Source of the DNA: Centroscyllium fabricii
Taxonomy: Eukaryota
Assembly (NCBI GenBank): GCA_051313645.2
Contig: JBNRSN020000002.1
Coordinates: 101,122,001 to 101,186,000 of the forward strand
Reading direction: 5' to 3'
DNA: 64,000 nucleotides
The notes under the pieces are model-generated. The model made no database searches. It saw only the letters and a program-made list of their open reading frames with translations, and was not told the origin of the DNA. Of this stretch, positions 50,163-61,479 are shown piece after piece; within the stretch, counting starts at the first letter, position 1, and every line of letters starts with the position of its first letter. The translations under genes and the position numbers were made by a program.

Positions 50163-51505
50163 GCAGAGCACTTGGCAAATGGGGACAGGATAGGACAGAG
50201 TCAACATGGATTTACAAAAGGTAAATCGTGCTTGACGAATCTATTGGAATTCTTTGAGGAAGTAACTGGTAAAATAGATGGGGGAGAGCCAGTAGATGTG
50301 GTGTACCTGGACTTCCAAAAAGCCTTCGATAAGGTCCCACATAAAAGATTAGCATGTAAAATCAAGGCTCATGGGATAAGGGGAAAAGTATTGACGTGGA
50401 TAGAGAACTGGCTGGCAGATAGAAAACAGAGAGTTGGAATAAACGGCTCATTTTCTGAATGGCAGGCAGTAACAAGTGGGGTACCTCAGGGATCTGTCCT
50501 GGGTCCCCAGCTGTTCACAATTTATATTAATGACCTAGATCAGGGAATCGGATGCAGCATCTCCAAATTCGCAGACGACACTAAACTAGGAGGGGGGGTA
50601 GGCTCAGAGGAGGGGATCAGGAAGCTCCAGAGCGATTTGGACAAATTGGGGGACTGGGCAGATACATGGCAAATGCACTATAATGTGGACAAGTGTGAAG
50701 TTATCCACCTTGGGGGCAAAAATGGGAGGGCAAATTATTATTTAAATGGCAATAGATTGGGAGATGGGGAAGTACAGAGAGACCTGGGTGTTCTTGTGCA
50801 CCAGTCATTGAAGGCGAGCATGCAGGTGCAACAGGCGGTCAGGAAGGCAAATGGTATGCTGGCCTTCATATCAAAAGGGTTAGAATACAGGAACAAGGAC
50901 ACCTTACTACAGCTGTACAGGGCACTGGTGAGACCACACCTCGAGTACTGTGTGCAGTTTTGGTCGCCTCATCTGAGGAAGGATGTTCTTGCCATGGAAG
51001 GAGTGCAGCGGCGATTCACCAGGCTGATACCAGGAATGGCAGGAATGACCTATGAGGAGAGACTATGTAGTTTGGGGATGTACACACTGGAGTTTAGAAG
51101 ATTGAGAGGGGATCTCATAGAAACATATAAAATTCTGACAGGCCTGGACAGACTAGATGCAGAAGGAATGTTTCCGATGGCAGGAGAGTACAGAACTAGG
51201 GGACACAGTTTAAGGATAAGGGCTAAACCATTTAGGACAGAGATGAGGAGGAATTTCTTCACCCAGAGAGTGGTGAACCTGTGGAACTCACTACCACAGA
51301 GGGCAGTGGACGCCAGCTCATTGAATATATTTAAGAGGGAATTAGATATATTTCTGCAGGCAAAAGGGGTTAAAGGTTACGAAGAGAAGGCAGGGACGGG
51401 ATACTGAACTGAAGGATCAGCCATGATCTCATTGAATGGCGGAGCAGGCTCGAAGGGCCGAATGGCCTACTCCTGCTCCTATCATCTATGTATCTATGTA
51501 TCTAT
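50163..51505 (+). mobile_element. Young 5'-truncated CR1 LINE
   Basis: Uninterrupted RT frame plus 3' UTR and (ATCTATGT)n tail. Confidence 0.95.
50172..51407 (+). CDS. CR1 ORF2 C-terminal half (reverse transcriptase), open for 411 aa but 5'-truncated
   Basis: [47 protein letters not shown]. Confidence 0.9.
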   Translation: MANGDRIGQSQHGFTKGKSCLTNLLEFFEEVTGKIDGGEPVDVVYLDFQKAFDKVPHKRLACKIKAHGIRGKVLTWIENWLADRKQRVGINGSFSEWQAVTSGVPQGSVLGPQLFTIYINDLDQGIGCSISKFADDTKLGGGVGSEEGIRKLQSDLDKLGDWADTWQMHYNVDKCEVIHLGGKNGRANYYLNGNRLGDGEVQRDLGVLVHQSLKASMQVQQAVRKANGMLAFISKGLEYRNKDTLLQLYRALVRPHLEYCVQFWSPHLRKDVLAMEGVQRRFTRLIPGMAGMTYEERLCSLGMYTLEFRRLRGDLIETYKILTGLDRLDAEGMFPMAGEYRTRGHSLRIRAKPFRTEMRRNFFTQRVVNLWNSLPQRAVDASSLNIFKRELDIFLQAKGVKGYEEKAGTGY

Positions 51506-52794
51506 GAGTTGCACCAGCACGGTGCCTGGAGCCTGCAGCAGTTGTACAACTCGGGATTTCACATCCTAGAATTGCAGAACGGCAGGAGCGCAGGGCAAGT
51601 GTACCTTGGAGGCTTACACTCGCAGGAAGGCTCCAAGGCTAATTTTTGGGCCATTAAACCTGTGGGAAAAATGTTTTAATCAGAATTAATTCAGCACTTA
51701 CCTTGTTAAAAGCAGGCCTTATGGCTGCTTTTTTCATGTCTAACTTTTTCTCACTTATCCGGACAGAAAATCCTGTAAACAAAGCGCAAGTGCAATGCGC
51801 ACGCGCTGCTGCTCCGGCGCATGCGCCTCACCTCGTAACCTTCGGAGAACGGAAGTGCCGGTTTCCCGTACATGTGCAGTGCATGCACGAAACCGGCACT
51901 TCCTATGGGCCAACGCGTGAGTACCCCGTCTGTACTCACGTGTTCAGAGCCGAATTTCTGGGCCATTGTAACTTGCTTGTATCCATCTATTAATGGATAG
52001 TTTAACAGACTCATGGATACATGATGTACTCTGTACCTTTGTAGTCACAACCTGGGGCTGACTTTCCATTTGAAGATAGACAAATAATTGCGTTGAGTTC
52101 TAGTTTTTTTGTAAACTATCGAAAGAGTGCAATAGGAGTGTTTTGCTTGTTACTCAGTCTTGTCAATGATGTGATTCATCTTTTATTTGATGTTGCTGCA
52201 CATTTTCCGAGATAGATTTATAGATTTTCAGACAGTTTGAATCTCCAACTGTTTCATCGCTGCACACTGATAAGCCAGTGTGATGATTGCAAGAATTTCT
52301 TTTTAAAGAATATTTCCCTTAAAGGCGTACTGTCTTCCAGAAAAGTATCTGGGATTTTTTTGTGGCAGTGAAAGAGAGTGCTGTTTTTATTTGATTGATG
52401 TCACATGCAAGTGACATGATGCATTTTCATGTCTGATTAAATTGTGTGTTTGTAAAAGGAAAATTGGGCAGGCTTTCTGAAGAATGCTGTTCCCTCTGCT
52501 ATGTTCCCATTAATAAAAACACATTCTTATTGGTGGACATGATAGTGACATTATTTTGTGCTGCTGTTTGCATGTCTGGTAAAATGATATGCAAGTCTCA
52601 TTACCTCTTTGAAACAGAAGTGTTCATGAAATATTCTGGACATATACCTCCAAAACAATGGAACAAAAAATATGTTCATTGTAACAGTGAGTTGACCAGG
52701 AAAGGCCCTAAAGGGTTTCAGTGGATATATCGATTAAACCATCAGCACAATGCTTAGCTGCAGTAAAATAAAATTAAGAAACTGAGTTGCATTA

Positions 52795-53300
52795 GACTGC
52801 CCGTGTCCTAACTCGCACCAAGTCCCATTCACCCATCACCCCTGTGCTTGCTGACCTACATTGGCTCCCGGTTAAGCAACACCTCGAGTTCAAAATTCTC
52901 ATCCTTGTTTTCAAGTCCCTCCATGGTCTCGCCCCTCCCTTTCTCTGTAATCTCCTCCAGCCCCACAACCCCCACCCCGAGATATCTGCGCTCCTCTAAT
53001 TCTGCCCTCTTGAGCACCCCTGATTATAATCGCTCAACCATTGGTGGCCGTGCCTTCTGTTGCCTGGGCCCTAAACTCTGGAATTCCCTCCCTAAACCTG
53101 TCCGCCTCTCTACCTCTCTTTTCTCCTTTAAGGCGCTCCTTAAAACCGACCTCTTTGACCAAACTTTTGGTCACCTGCCCTAATTTCTCCTTATATGGCT
53201 CGGTGTCAAATTTATTTTGTCTTATAATATTCCTGTGAAGCATCTTGGAAATTTTACTTCGTTAAAATCGCTATATAAATACAAGTTGTTGTTGTTGTCG
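52795..53300 (+). mobile_element. L2 LINE 3' end
   Basis: ITPVLADLHWLPV...FKILILVFKSLHGLAP; GGRAF...LWNSLP; (GTT)n tail. Confidence 0.9.
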
Positions 53301-53314
53301 TTGATGTGTATAGA

Positions 53315-53400
53315 GAAAGAAAAGAACTTGTATTTATATACTACCTTATCACATCCTCAGTATCAATGGCTTACTTTTGAAGTTTAGTTACCATTGTTAC
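53315..53400 (-). mobile_element. 3' fragment of DeuSINE/SacSINE-like element
   Basis: Reverse complement resembles 15085-15170. Confidence 0.5.
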
Positions 53401-53443
53401 CCGTTTTCCTTCCTTCAAAACCAGCAATTATCTGTTCCGACAT

Positions 53444-53572
53444 AAGCAAAATACTGCGAATGCTGGAAATCTGAAACAAACACAGTAAATGCTGGGAATG
53501 CTCAGGTCAGGCAACATCTATGGATAGAGAAACAGAGTTAACGTTTCAGGGCGATGACCTTTCATCTGAATT
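53444..53572 (-). mobile_element. Hammerhead family B element, single arm, one core mutation
   Basis: Minus strand attCAGATGAaaggtcatcgccctGAAACGTTaact. Confidence 0.75.
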
Positions 53573-53791
53573 ATCTGTTCCAGCTAACAAATCATCACCA
53601 AATATTCCAAAGGAGGATCAGTCAGTTTATTCCTCTGCTCCACCCGTGTACTTGCATCAACATTTGTTTCCCTGGCGTTTGCCCTCGGTGATCTACTTCT
53701 GAATGTTGGAGCCCAAACATTGCCGCTTTATGCAAGGCCACTTTCTCCAATAAGACCTTCCAGCTTTCCCACTGAAGGGGATGGTTCTAGG

Positions 53792-53968
53792 CAGGGCCGG
53801 CTCAAGGTATTTGGGGGCCCCAAACAAGGTATTTTGGGGGCCCCAAACAAGGTATTTTGGGGGCCCCAAACAAGGTATTTGGGGGCCCCAAACAAGGTAT
53901 TTTGGGGGCCCCCAAATCGGGGGCCCTAAACAAATGTTTACATCGTTTATATGGTAGGGCCGGCCCTG
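53792..53968. mobile_element. hAT-type MITE with internal ~23-bp tandem amplification
   Basis: TIR CAGGGCCGGC / GCCGGCCCTG; perfect 8-bp TSD GTTCTAGG; CAAGGTATTT(T)GGGGG(G)CCCCAAA x4. Confidence 0.92.
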
Positions 53969-54503
53969 GTTCTAGGAATTGCACCAACAATGAACTCAGC
54001 TTCCAAACAAAACCTGATGCTTCCCTCTAAGTGTGCAGCAGCCCCTTGAGAGTTGATACATTCAGCACTCGACTCGGCACTCCCGATGATCCAAAAAAAC
54101 ATTCATTGTGCACGCAGTATATTTAAATTAAGCAAACTACCCAACCGTGTAGAATCTGACAAATTCAGGCTGTCACTCATGGTGCTATTCAAAATTATAA
54201 GGGGGTTGATAAGGTAAACTGAGAATAACGAATTATTGAATCAGTAGCTTGAGAGGATAAATTTAAGATAATCAGCAAAGAACCAAATGAGAGATGAGGA
54301 GATTTTTTTTTATTGTGCACAGGGTAGTGAGGACATGAATGCCAGAATTTCCTCTTTGGAGTTCCAATGGGGCAGGACCCATTTCCCTGGTTTGAAGGGT
54401 CATTCGATATACACGACAGGCTCCCGATGGAATTCCCAGCACCCAGGGAGCCCATTATTGCGAGGGTGGAATATCCCAGCAGTGATGCAGTGCAGCTTAA
54501 GGC

Positions 54504-57500
54504 GAAACATAGAAACATAGAAACTAGGAGCAGGAGTAGGCCATTCGGCCCCTCGAGCCTGTTCCGCCATTCAATGCGATCATGTCTGATCATCCAAATT
54601 CAATACCCTGTCCTTACTTTCTCCCCATATCCCTTGATCTCTTTCGCCTTAAGAAATATATTTAACTCCTTCTTGAATATATTTAATGAATTGGCCTCTA
54701 CTGCCTTCTGTGGTAGAGAATTCCACAGGTTCACAGGTATCAGCCTGGTTAATCTTCGCTGAACTCCTTCCATGGCAAGAACATCCTTCCTTAGATAAGG
54801 CGACCAAAACTGTATGCAACACTCAAGATGTGGTCTCACCACGGCCCTGTACAACTGCAGCAAGACATCCTTGTTCCTGTACTCAAACCCTCCCGCTACA
54901 AAGGCCAACATACTATTTGCCTTCTTAACTGCCTGCTGCACCTGCATGCTCACCTTCAGCAACTGGTGCACAAGGACGCCCAGGTCTCGTTGTATTTTCC
55001 CTTCTCCCAATCTATTGCCATTCAGATAATAATCTGCCTTCCTGTTTTTGACACCTAAGTGGATAACCTCACATTTATCCATGTTATCTTGCATCTGCCA
55101 TGCATCTGCCCAATCACCCAACCTGTCCAAATCATACTGGAGTTTCTCGGCATCCTCCTCACAGCACACTTGCCCACTGAGCTTTGTGTCGTCTGCAAAC
55201 TTGGAGATATTACATCTAGTTCCCTCATCCAAATCATTAATATATATTGTGAATAACTGGGGTCCAAGGACCGATCCCTGCGGTACCCCACTAGTCACCG
55301 CCTGCCACTCAGAAAAAGAGCCATTTATTCCAACTCTTTGCTTTCTGTCTGCCAACCAGTTCTCTATCCAAGTCAATATCTTGCCCCCAATCCCATGTGC
55401 CTTAATTTTACACGTTAATATTTTATGCGGGACCTTATCGAAAGCCTCTTGAAAGTCCAAATACACCACATCCACTGATTCTTCCTTACCTATTTTATCA
55501 GTTACATCCTCAAAAAATTCCAGTAGATTAGTCAAGCACGATTTACCTTTTGTGAATCCATGTTGACTTTGTCCGATCCGGTCACTGTTTTCCAAGTACT
55601 CAGATATTACATCTTTTATAATGGACTCTAGCATTTTCCTCATTACCGATGTCAGGCTTACCAGTCTGTAATTCCCCGTTTTCTCTCTACCACCTTTTTT
55701 GAACAGTGGGGTAACATTAGCTACCCTCCAATCCATGGGTACTATTCCAGAGTCTATCAAATTTTGGAAGATGACCAGCAATGCATCCACTATTTCTAGG
55801 GCCACTTCCTTAAGTGCCCTAGGATGTAGATTATCAGGCCCTGGGGATTTATCGACCTTCAATCCTGTCAATTTCTCTAACACCATTTCCCTACAAATAC
55901 TGATTTCTATCAGTTCCTCCCTTTCATTAGGCCCCATGTTCCTTGACAACTCCGGGAGGTTGTTTGTATCCTCCTTTGTAAAGACAGAACCAAAGTATGC
56001 ATTTAATTGGCCTGCCATTTCTTTGTTACCTATTATAAATTCCCCTGATTCTGACTGCAAGGGACCTATGCTTGACTTCACCAATCTTTTTTTCTTCACA
56101 TATCTCTAAAAGCTTTTACAGTCAGTTTTTATGTTCCCAGCAAGCTTACTCTCATACTCTATTTCCCCCCTCTTAATTAATCCCTCTGTCCTCCTTTGTT
56201 GAATCCTAAACTGCTCCGAATCCTCAGATTTACTGCTTTTTCTGGCCAATTTATATGACCTCTCCTTGGATCTTATGCTATCTCTAATTTCACTTGTTAG
56301 CCACGGTTGAGTCACCTTTTTCATTTTATTTTTACGCCAAACTCGGGTGAACAAATTCTGTAGTTCATCCATGCGATCTTTGAATGTTTGCCATTGCCTA
56401 TCCACCGTCAACCCTTTGAGTGACATTCCCCAATCAATCCTACCCAACTCGCGCCTCATACCATCATAGTTTCCTTTATTTAAATTCAGGACCGTATTCT
56501 CTGAGTCAACTTCTTCACTCTCCATCTTAATGAAGAATTCTTTCATATTATGATCACTCCGACCCAAGGGGCCTCGCACCACCAGATTGCTAATTAATCC
56601 TTTCTCATTACATAATACCCAGCCTAAGATGGCCTGATCTCTCGTTGGTTCCTCGACATATTGTTCCAGAAAACCATCCCGTATACACTCCAGGAATTCC
56701 TCCTCCACAGCATTGTTACTAATTTGGCTAGCCCAATCTATATGTAGATTAAAGTCTCCCATGATAACGGCTGTGCCCTTATTGTACACTTCTCTAGTTT
56801 TCCTTTTAATGCCATCCTTGACCTCCGCATTACTGTTTGGAGATCTATATTACCACTCCCACTAACATTTTCTGCCCCTTGGTATTTCTCAGTTCTACTC
56901 ATACAGATTCCACGTCATCAGAGCTAATATCCTTCCTTACAATTGTATTAATCCCCTCTTTAACCAGCAATGCTACCCCACCTCCTTTACCTGTTTGTCT
57001 GTCTTTCCTGAATATTGAATAACCCTAGGTGTTGAGTTCCCAGCCTTGGCCATCCTGGAGCCCTGTTTCCATAATCCCAATCATATCATATTCGTTTACC
57101 TCTATTTGCGCAGCCAATTTATCCACTTTATTATGAATGCTCCTCGCATTAAGACACAAAGCCTTCAGGCTTGTTTTTTTAATGCTCTTAAATGTTTTAG
57201 AATTATCATTTGTTGTGGCCATGTTTGATTTAAACCCTTGATTTCTCAGTCTGCCACCTTTGTTTCTCTCCTTCCTGTCTTTTGCTTTTTATTCTTGTTT
57301 CCCTTTCCTCTGTCTCCTCACTCAGGTTCCCAGCCCTCTGCCATTTTAGTTTAAACCCTCCCCCAGCAAACACTCCATCTAGGTCATCAGTCCCTGCCCT
57401 GCCCAGGTGCAGACCGTCCTTTTTGTACTGGTCCCACCTCCCCCAGAACTGGTTCCAATGTCCCAGGAATTGGAATCCCTCCCCCTTGCACCTTTCCTCT

Positions 57501-58550
57501 AGCCACGTATTCATTTGAAATATCCTTCTATTTCTACTCTGACTAGCACGTGGCACTGGTAGCAATCCTGAGATTACTACCTTTGTGGTTCTATTTTTTA
57601 ATTTACCTCCTAACTCCCTATATTCAGCCTTTAGGACCTCATCCCAGTTTTTACCTATATCGTTGGTACCTATATGCACCACGACAACTGGCTGTTCACC
57701 CTCCCTTTCCAAAATGTTCTGCAGCTGCTCTGAGACGTCCTTGACCCTTGCACCAGGGCGGCAACATACCATCCTGAAGTCACCTCTGCGGCCGCAGAAA
57801 CGCCTATCTATTCCCCTTACAATAGAATCCCCTCTCGCTATAGCTCTCCCACTCTTTTTCCTCCCATCCTGTGCAGCAGAACTACCCCTGGTGCCAGGAA
57901 GTTGGCTGCTGCTACCTTCCCCTGGTAGGCCATCGCCCCCATTAGTATCCAAAGTGGTATATCTATTTGAGAGGGGGATGGCCACAGGGGGCCCCTGCAG
58001 TACCTGCCTGCACCTACTACTCTGTCTGTTGGTCACTGATTCCCTTTCTGCCTGTGCAACCTTTGCCTGTGGTGTGACCAACTCACTAAATGTGCTATTC
58101 ACGAAGTCCTCAGCACCGTGAATGCCCCAGAAGGTATCCATTCGCAGCTCTTGCGCCACAATGCGGTCTGTCAGTAGCAGCAGCTGGACACACTTCCTGC
58201 ACATATGGTCGTCAGTGACACCGGAAGGGTCCCTGATTTCCCACATATCGCAGGAGGAGCGCACTACGATGCCAGGCTGTCCTGCCATGACATACCCTTT
58301 AATTACTTGAAATTAAATTAAATCCAATCAATCCCACCAATTACCTTACAGTAAAATGTGGTTAACGGCCCTGGTTTACAAACAAACTATAAACCACCGA
58401 GTTTAAGTTTAAAAAGAGAAAAGTACTCACCACCCAATCACTTACCTGCTTTCTGGTGATGTCACACTGTAAGAAAGCCCGTGAAATGAGGTTTTATACT
58501 CACCCGGGCCTCGGCTCACTGGTTTCTCCTCTCCCAACTCCAACCACTGT
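54504..58550 (-). mobile_element. Near full-length CR1 LINE (5' UTR, ORF1, APE endonuclease, RT, tail), inactivated
   Basis: ORFs 57230-58288, 57025-57222, 56106-56789 (IMGDFN, LGRSDHN), 54600-56099 (RT); (ATAGAAAC)n tail; internal deletion near 54733. Confidence 0.95.
57230..58288 (-). pseudogene. CR1 ORF1: Cys-rich N-terminus, predicted coiled coil, SGNH/GDSL-like esterase domain
   Basis: SSCDMWE...HMCRKC; GDSIVRG, VVVVHIGTND, KDGLHL blocks. Confidence 0.88.
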
Positions 58551-58551
58551 A

Positions 58552-58880
58552 AGCCTGTGACCCCCAGTTCTGGACTCCATACCATCGGGAACATCCTTCC
58601 TGCATCTAGTCTGTCTAGTCCTGTTAGAACTTTATAAGTTTCAATGAGATCCCCTCTCATTCTTCTAAACTCCAGCAAATATAAGTCCAATCGAACCAAT
58701 CTCTCCTCATACATCATTCCTGCTATTCCAGGTATCAGTCTGGTGAATCTTCGCTGCACTCTCCCCATGGCAAGAACATTCTTCCTCAGATAAGGCGACC
58801 AAAACTGCACACAATACTCAAGGTGTGTCTCACCAAGGCCCTATACAACTGCAGCAAGACATCCTTGCTCCTGTACTTGA
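58552..58880 (-). mobile_element. CR1 RT fragment truncated at both ends, abutting the 5' end of the long CR1
   Basis: QFWSPYLRK...RMRGDLIETYK...DAGRMFPMV. Confidence 0.9.
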
Positions 58881-59795
58881 CCTTAAACTACACAGAAGGA
58901 CTGTGAAGATAGGATTAGCTGTCCCACTGAAGATTCTCAGTTGAATCTGAGGCCTTCAGCTGGTAAGTGCTTGGGGTTAAGTGGAGGGTGAGCAGGCTGC
59001 TCTGAGGCCTTCCCCCTCTGCCTGGACCTCACCCTTTTGCTGCCAATTCCCCAGGCATACTGCCACCTTCCACATGGTAGCCCCCAGGAAACAGTGGTAA
59101 GTAGAGCAGATGGGAGGGAGTCCTCTGGGAGCCTAGCCTCACCCTCCTGCCACTATTTTCATGCAATGAGTGGGGAAGGAGTTACATGGGTGGGGGCAGG
59201 GAAATCCATTCAGGGCGGCGAGGCAGCAGTCAGCCTCATTTCACAAATTTTCCCTCATTCTCCTCCGTGATCCAAACTGAATTTGTGCAGGATCACAAAA
59301 GAGAATTTCCCTTAGCATGCCTTAACAGAAACAGTGGTGGAAGCATAATCCATAGTAGCTTCCAAAAAGGAAGTGGAGAAATACTTGTCAATGACAGATT
59401 TAAAAGTGTTTGGGTGGAGGGGCCGAATGGCCTACTCCTGCTCCTATCTTCTATGTTTAAAAGGCAGAGCATGGGACCAATTGGGTAGCACTTTCAGAGA
59501 GCTGGCACAGGTGGAATAGACCAGCTGGCCTCTTTCTGTGCTGTAAAATTCTGCAATTCTATCAATTGTCCAACATGAGCCAGGAAATTTCATCAGAACT
59601 GTTTCCACTCACTCGTAACTTCGCCACAAATGTGACTGAAACACTGTTTACGCACATAATGGACCTGAGGATCTGCTAAAGGCAATCAGCCTCTAATTGA
59701 CCTCAAGAAGGCACTACAATTACAGCCTTAAAGAGTCACATCACGTAACTCACAGCCACACTTTAGCATCGGAATAATACATTGTGCACCAAATG

Positions 59796-60172
59796 GATGA
59801 CACGGTGGCGCAGTGGTTTGCACTGCTGCCTCGCAATAAGGAGCTCCTGGGTTTGAATTCTGTTTGGCCCGAGACCTCTCTGCGTGGAGTTTGCATGTTC
59901 TCCTCGTGCTCGTGTGGGTTTCCTCCGGGTACTCTGGTTTCCTCCCACCACCCAAAGACGTGCAGGTTAGGTGAATTGGAGATACTAAAAATTGCCCCTG
60001 AGTATGTGTGTGAGATATTGTTCTTAGAGTTGGGGGTGTCGGGGGATATGGGGAGAGGGTAGGAGGGGGGTGTTGGGTTTGGATGATCAGCCATGATCTC
60101 ATCAAAATGGCGGAGCAGGCTCGAAGGGACGAATGGCCTACTCCTGCTCCTATCTTCTGTGTTTCTGTGTTA
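59796..60172 (+). mobile_element. V-SINE (HE1-like): tRNA head, V domain, CR1-derived tail
   Basis: ggtggcgcagtgg A box; gtggagtttgcatgttctcc...gggtttcctccggg V domain; CR1 3' UTR. Confidence 0.88.
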
Positions 60173-60183
60173 CTCCTGTCTTT

Positions 60184-60447
60184 ATAGAAACATAGAAACA
60201 TAGAAGATAGGAGCAGGAGCAGGCCACCCAGCCCCCCGAACCCGCCCCACCACTCAACGAGACCATGGCTGACCACCCAAAACCAGCACCCCGTCCCCGC
60301 CCCGCCCCACACCCCCGATCCCCCCAACACTAAGGGTCAACCTATCATGGCCAATCAACCTAACCCGCACATCTTTGGACTGTGGGAGGAAACCGGAGCA
60401 CCCGGAGGAAACCCACGCAGACATGGGGAGAATGTGCAAACTCCACT
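60184..60447 (-). mobile_element. Second V-SINE (HE1-like), 5'-truncated, tail-to-tail with the first
   Basis: gaaaccggagcacccggaggaaacccacgcagacatggggagaatgtgcaaactccac. Confidence 0.88.
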
Positions 60448-60611
60448 TTGTATACTCTGCAGCAGCATCAGGTACTCCCAGATCAGCTATAGCACAGTTA
60501 TAAAACAGTAAATTCCCTGGCTTGTACTGAAATGGGAGATCCACTATTGTGGGATAATACAAAGGCTGTGGACGGCTGGCAGTCAGGTGCAAGGCAAAAT
60601 CCTGTTTTCTT

Positions 60612-60849
60612 CTTCAAACACAAAAGCAAAATACTGCGGATGCTGGAAATCTGAAATAAAAACAGGAAATGCTGGGAATACTCAGCAGGCCAGGCAGCAT
60701 CGAGGAGAGAGAAACAGTTCACATTTCAGGTCGATGATGACCTTTCATCAGAACTGACGAAGGGTCATCGACCTGAAACGTTAACTCTGTTTCTCTTTCT
60801 ACAGATGCTGCCTGATCTGCTGAATGTTTCCAGCATTTCCTGTTTATAT
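60612..60849. mobile_element. Fold-back mini-element with two opposed hammerhead cores (family B)
   Basis: Plus CTGACGA-A-GGGTC(ATC)GACCT-GAA-ACGT-T-AACT at 60754-60786; minus AGTT-CTGATGA...GAAA at ~60716-60755; 12-bp TSD TCCTGTTTTCTT (60600-60611, 60850-60861). Confidence 0.85.
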
Positions 60850-60872
60850 TCCTGTTTTCTTGTTGTTCGGTT

Positions 60873-60966
60873 AAGAATTACTCTGGTCGCTATATGGAGC
60901 AACATCATAACCATGTTCTTTAATGCATTTGTAATATTGCTACACATAGCAACCAGAGTAATTCTT
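60873..60966. repeat. 94-bp inverted-repeat element
   Basis: Perfect 15-bp arms AAGAATTACTCTGGT / ACCAGAGTAATTCTT, with further imperfect pairing inside. Confidence 0.75.
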
Positions 60967-60974
60967 CTCCTTAC

Positions 60975-61316
60975 TTTGTGTACTCTGCAGCAGCATCAAG
61001 TACTCCCAGATCAGCTATAGCACAGTTAGATGCAGAATAAAGCTCAACAGTAGCCTAGCAACCCCTGCTGCACAAGTGTGATCTTTCCCTTTCTGACAGC
61101 CGCCATCCTTTCTGAATGAGATTTCCAATTTGGTAATTTTTTTGTGTGCTGTGAGCCTATCCTATTAGGAAGTAGATTGAGACTGCCCAAATGCATTTCA
61201 CAAAGGACCCTTACAGCCAACAGACAGACGATACTTTCATCCCATCAGTCTGGACTGGATTGAAGCCAGATACTGAAGATGAAAGACCACTGTCTAACCC
61301 ACTGCATCAGCCAGGC
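60975..61316 (-). mobile_element. LF-SINE-like element
   Basis: Minus strand tRNA-like head then tctgttggctgtaagggtcctttgtgaaatg...gtctcaatctacttccta, resembling the LF-SINE core as I recall it. Confidence 0.6.
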
Positions 61317-61479
61317 ACATCCTCTAGTTTCTAATAATGTCATATACTGCAGGGATGAAGAGCAAGCTGCTTATAAGACCATAGGTAAAAGATGAGAAAA
61401 GACCTGCGGCATAGCATCACATGACTGGTGCTATAACAATATATTTTTTCTGGAGAAAAATGCAGGAAAGTATTGTAAA

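Larger units (their letters stand above)
49546..51652. mobile_element. Inner related MITE in opposite orientation
   Basis: Perfect 14-bp TIR GGCCCAAAAATTAG / CTAATTTTTGGGCC; flanks AAT/ATT. Confidence 0.7.
49101..51964. mobile_element. Outer Harbinger-type MITE
   Basis: Perfect 15-bp TIR GGCCCAGAAATTCGG / CCGAATTTCTGGGCC; ATT on both sides. Confidence 0.8.

Noticed and set aside
59796-59870. tRNA genes here and at 14768, 61948, 63326
   Set aside because: Only A/B-box remnants without a cloverleaf, continuing into SINE bodies
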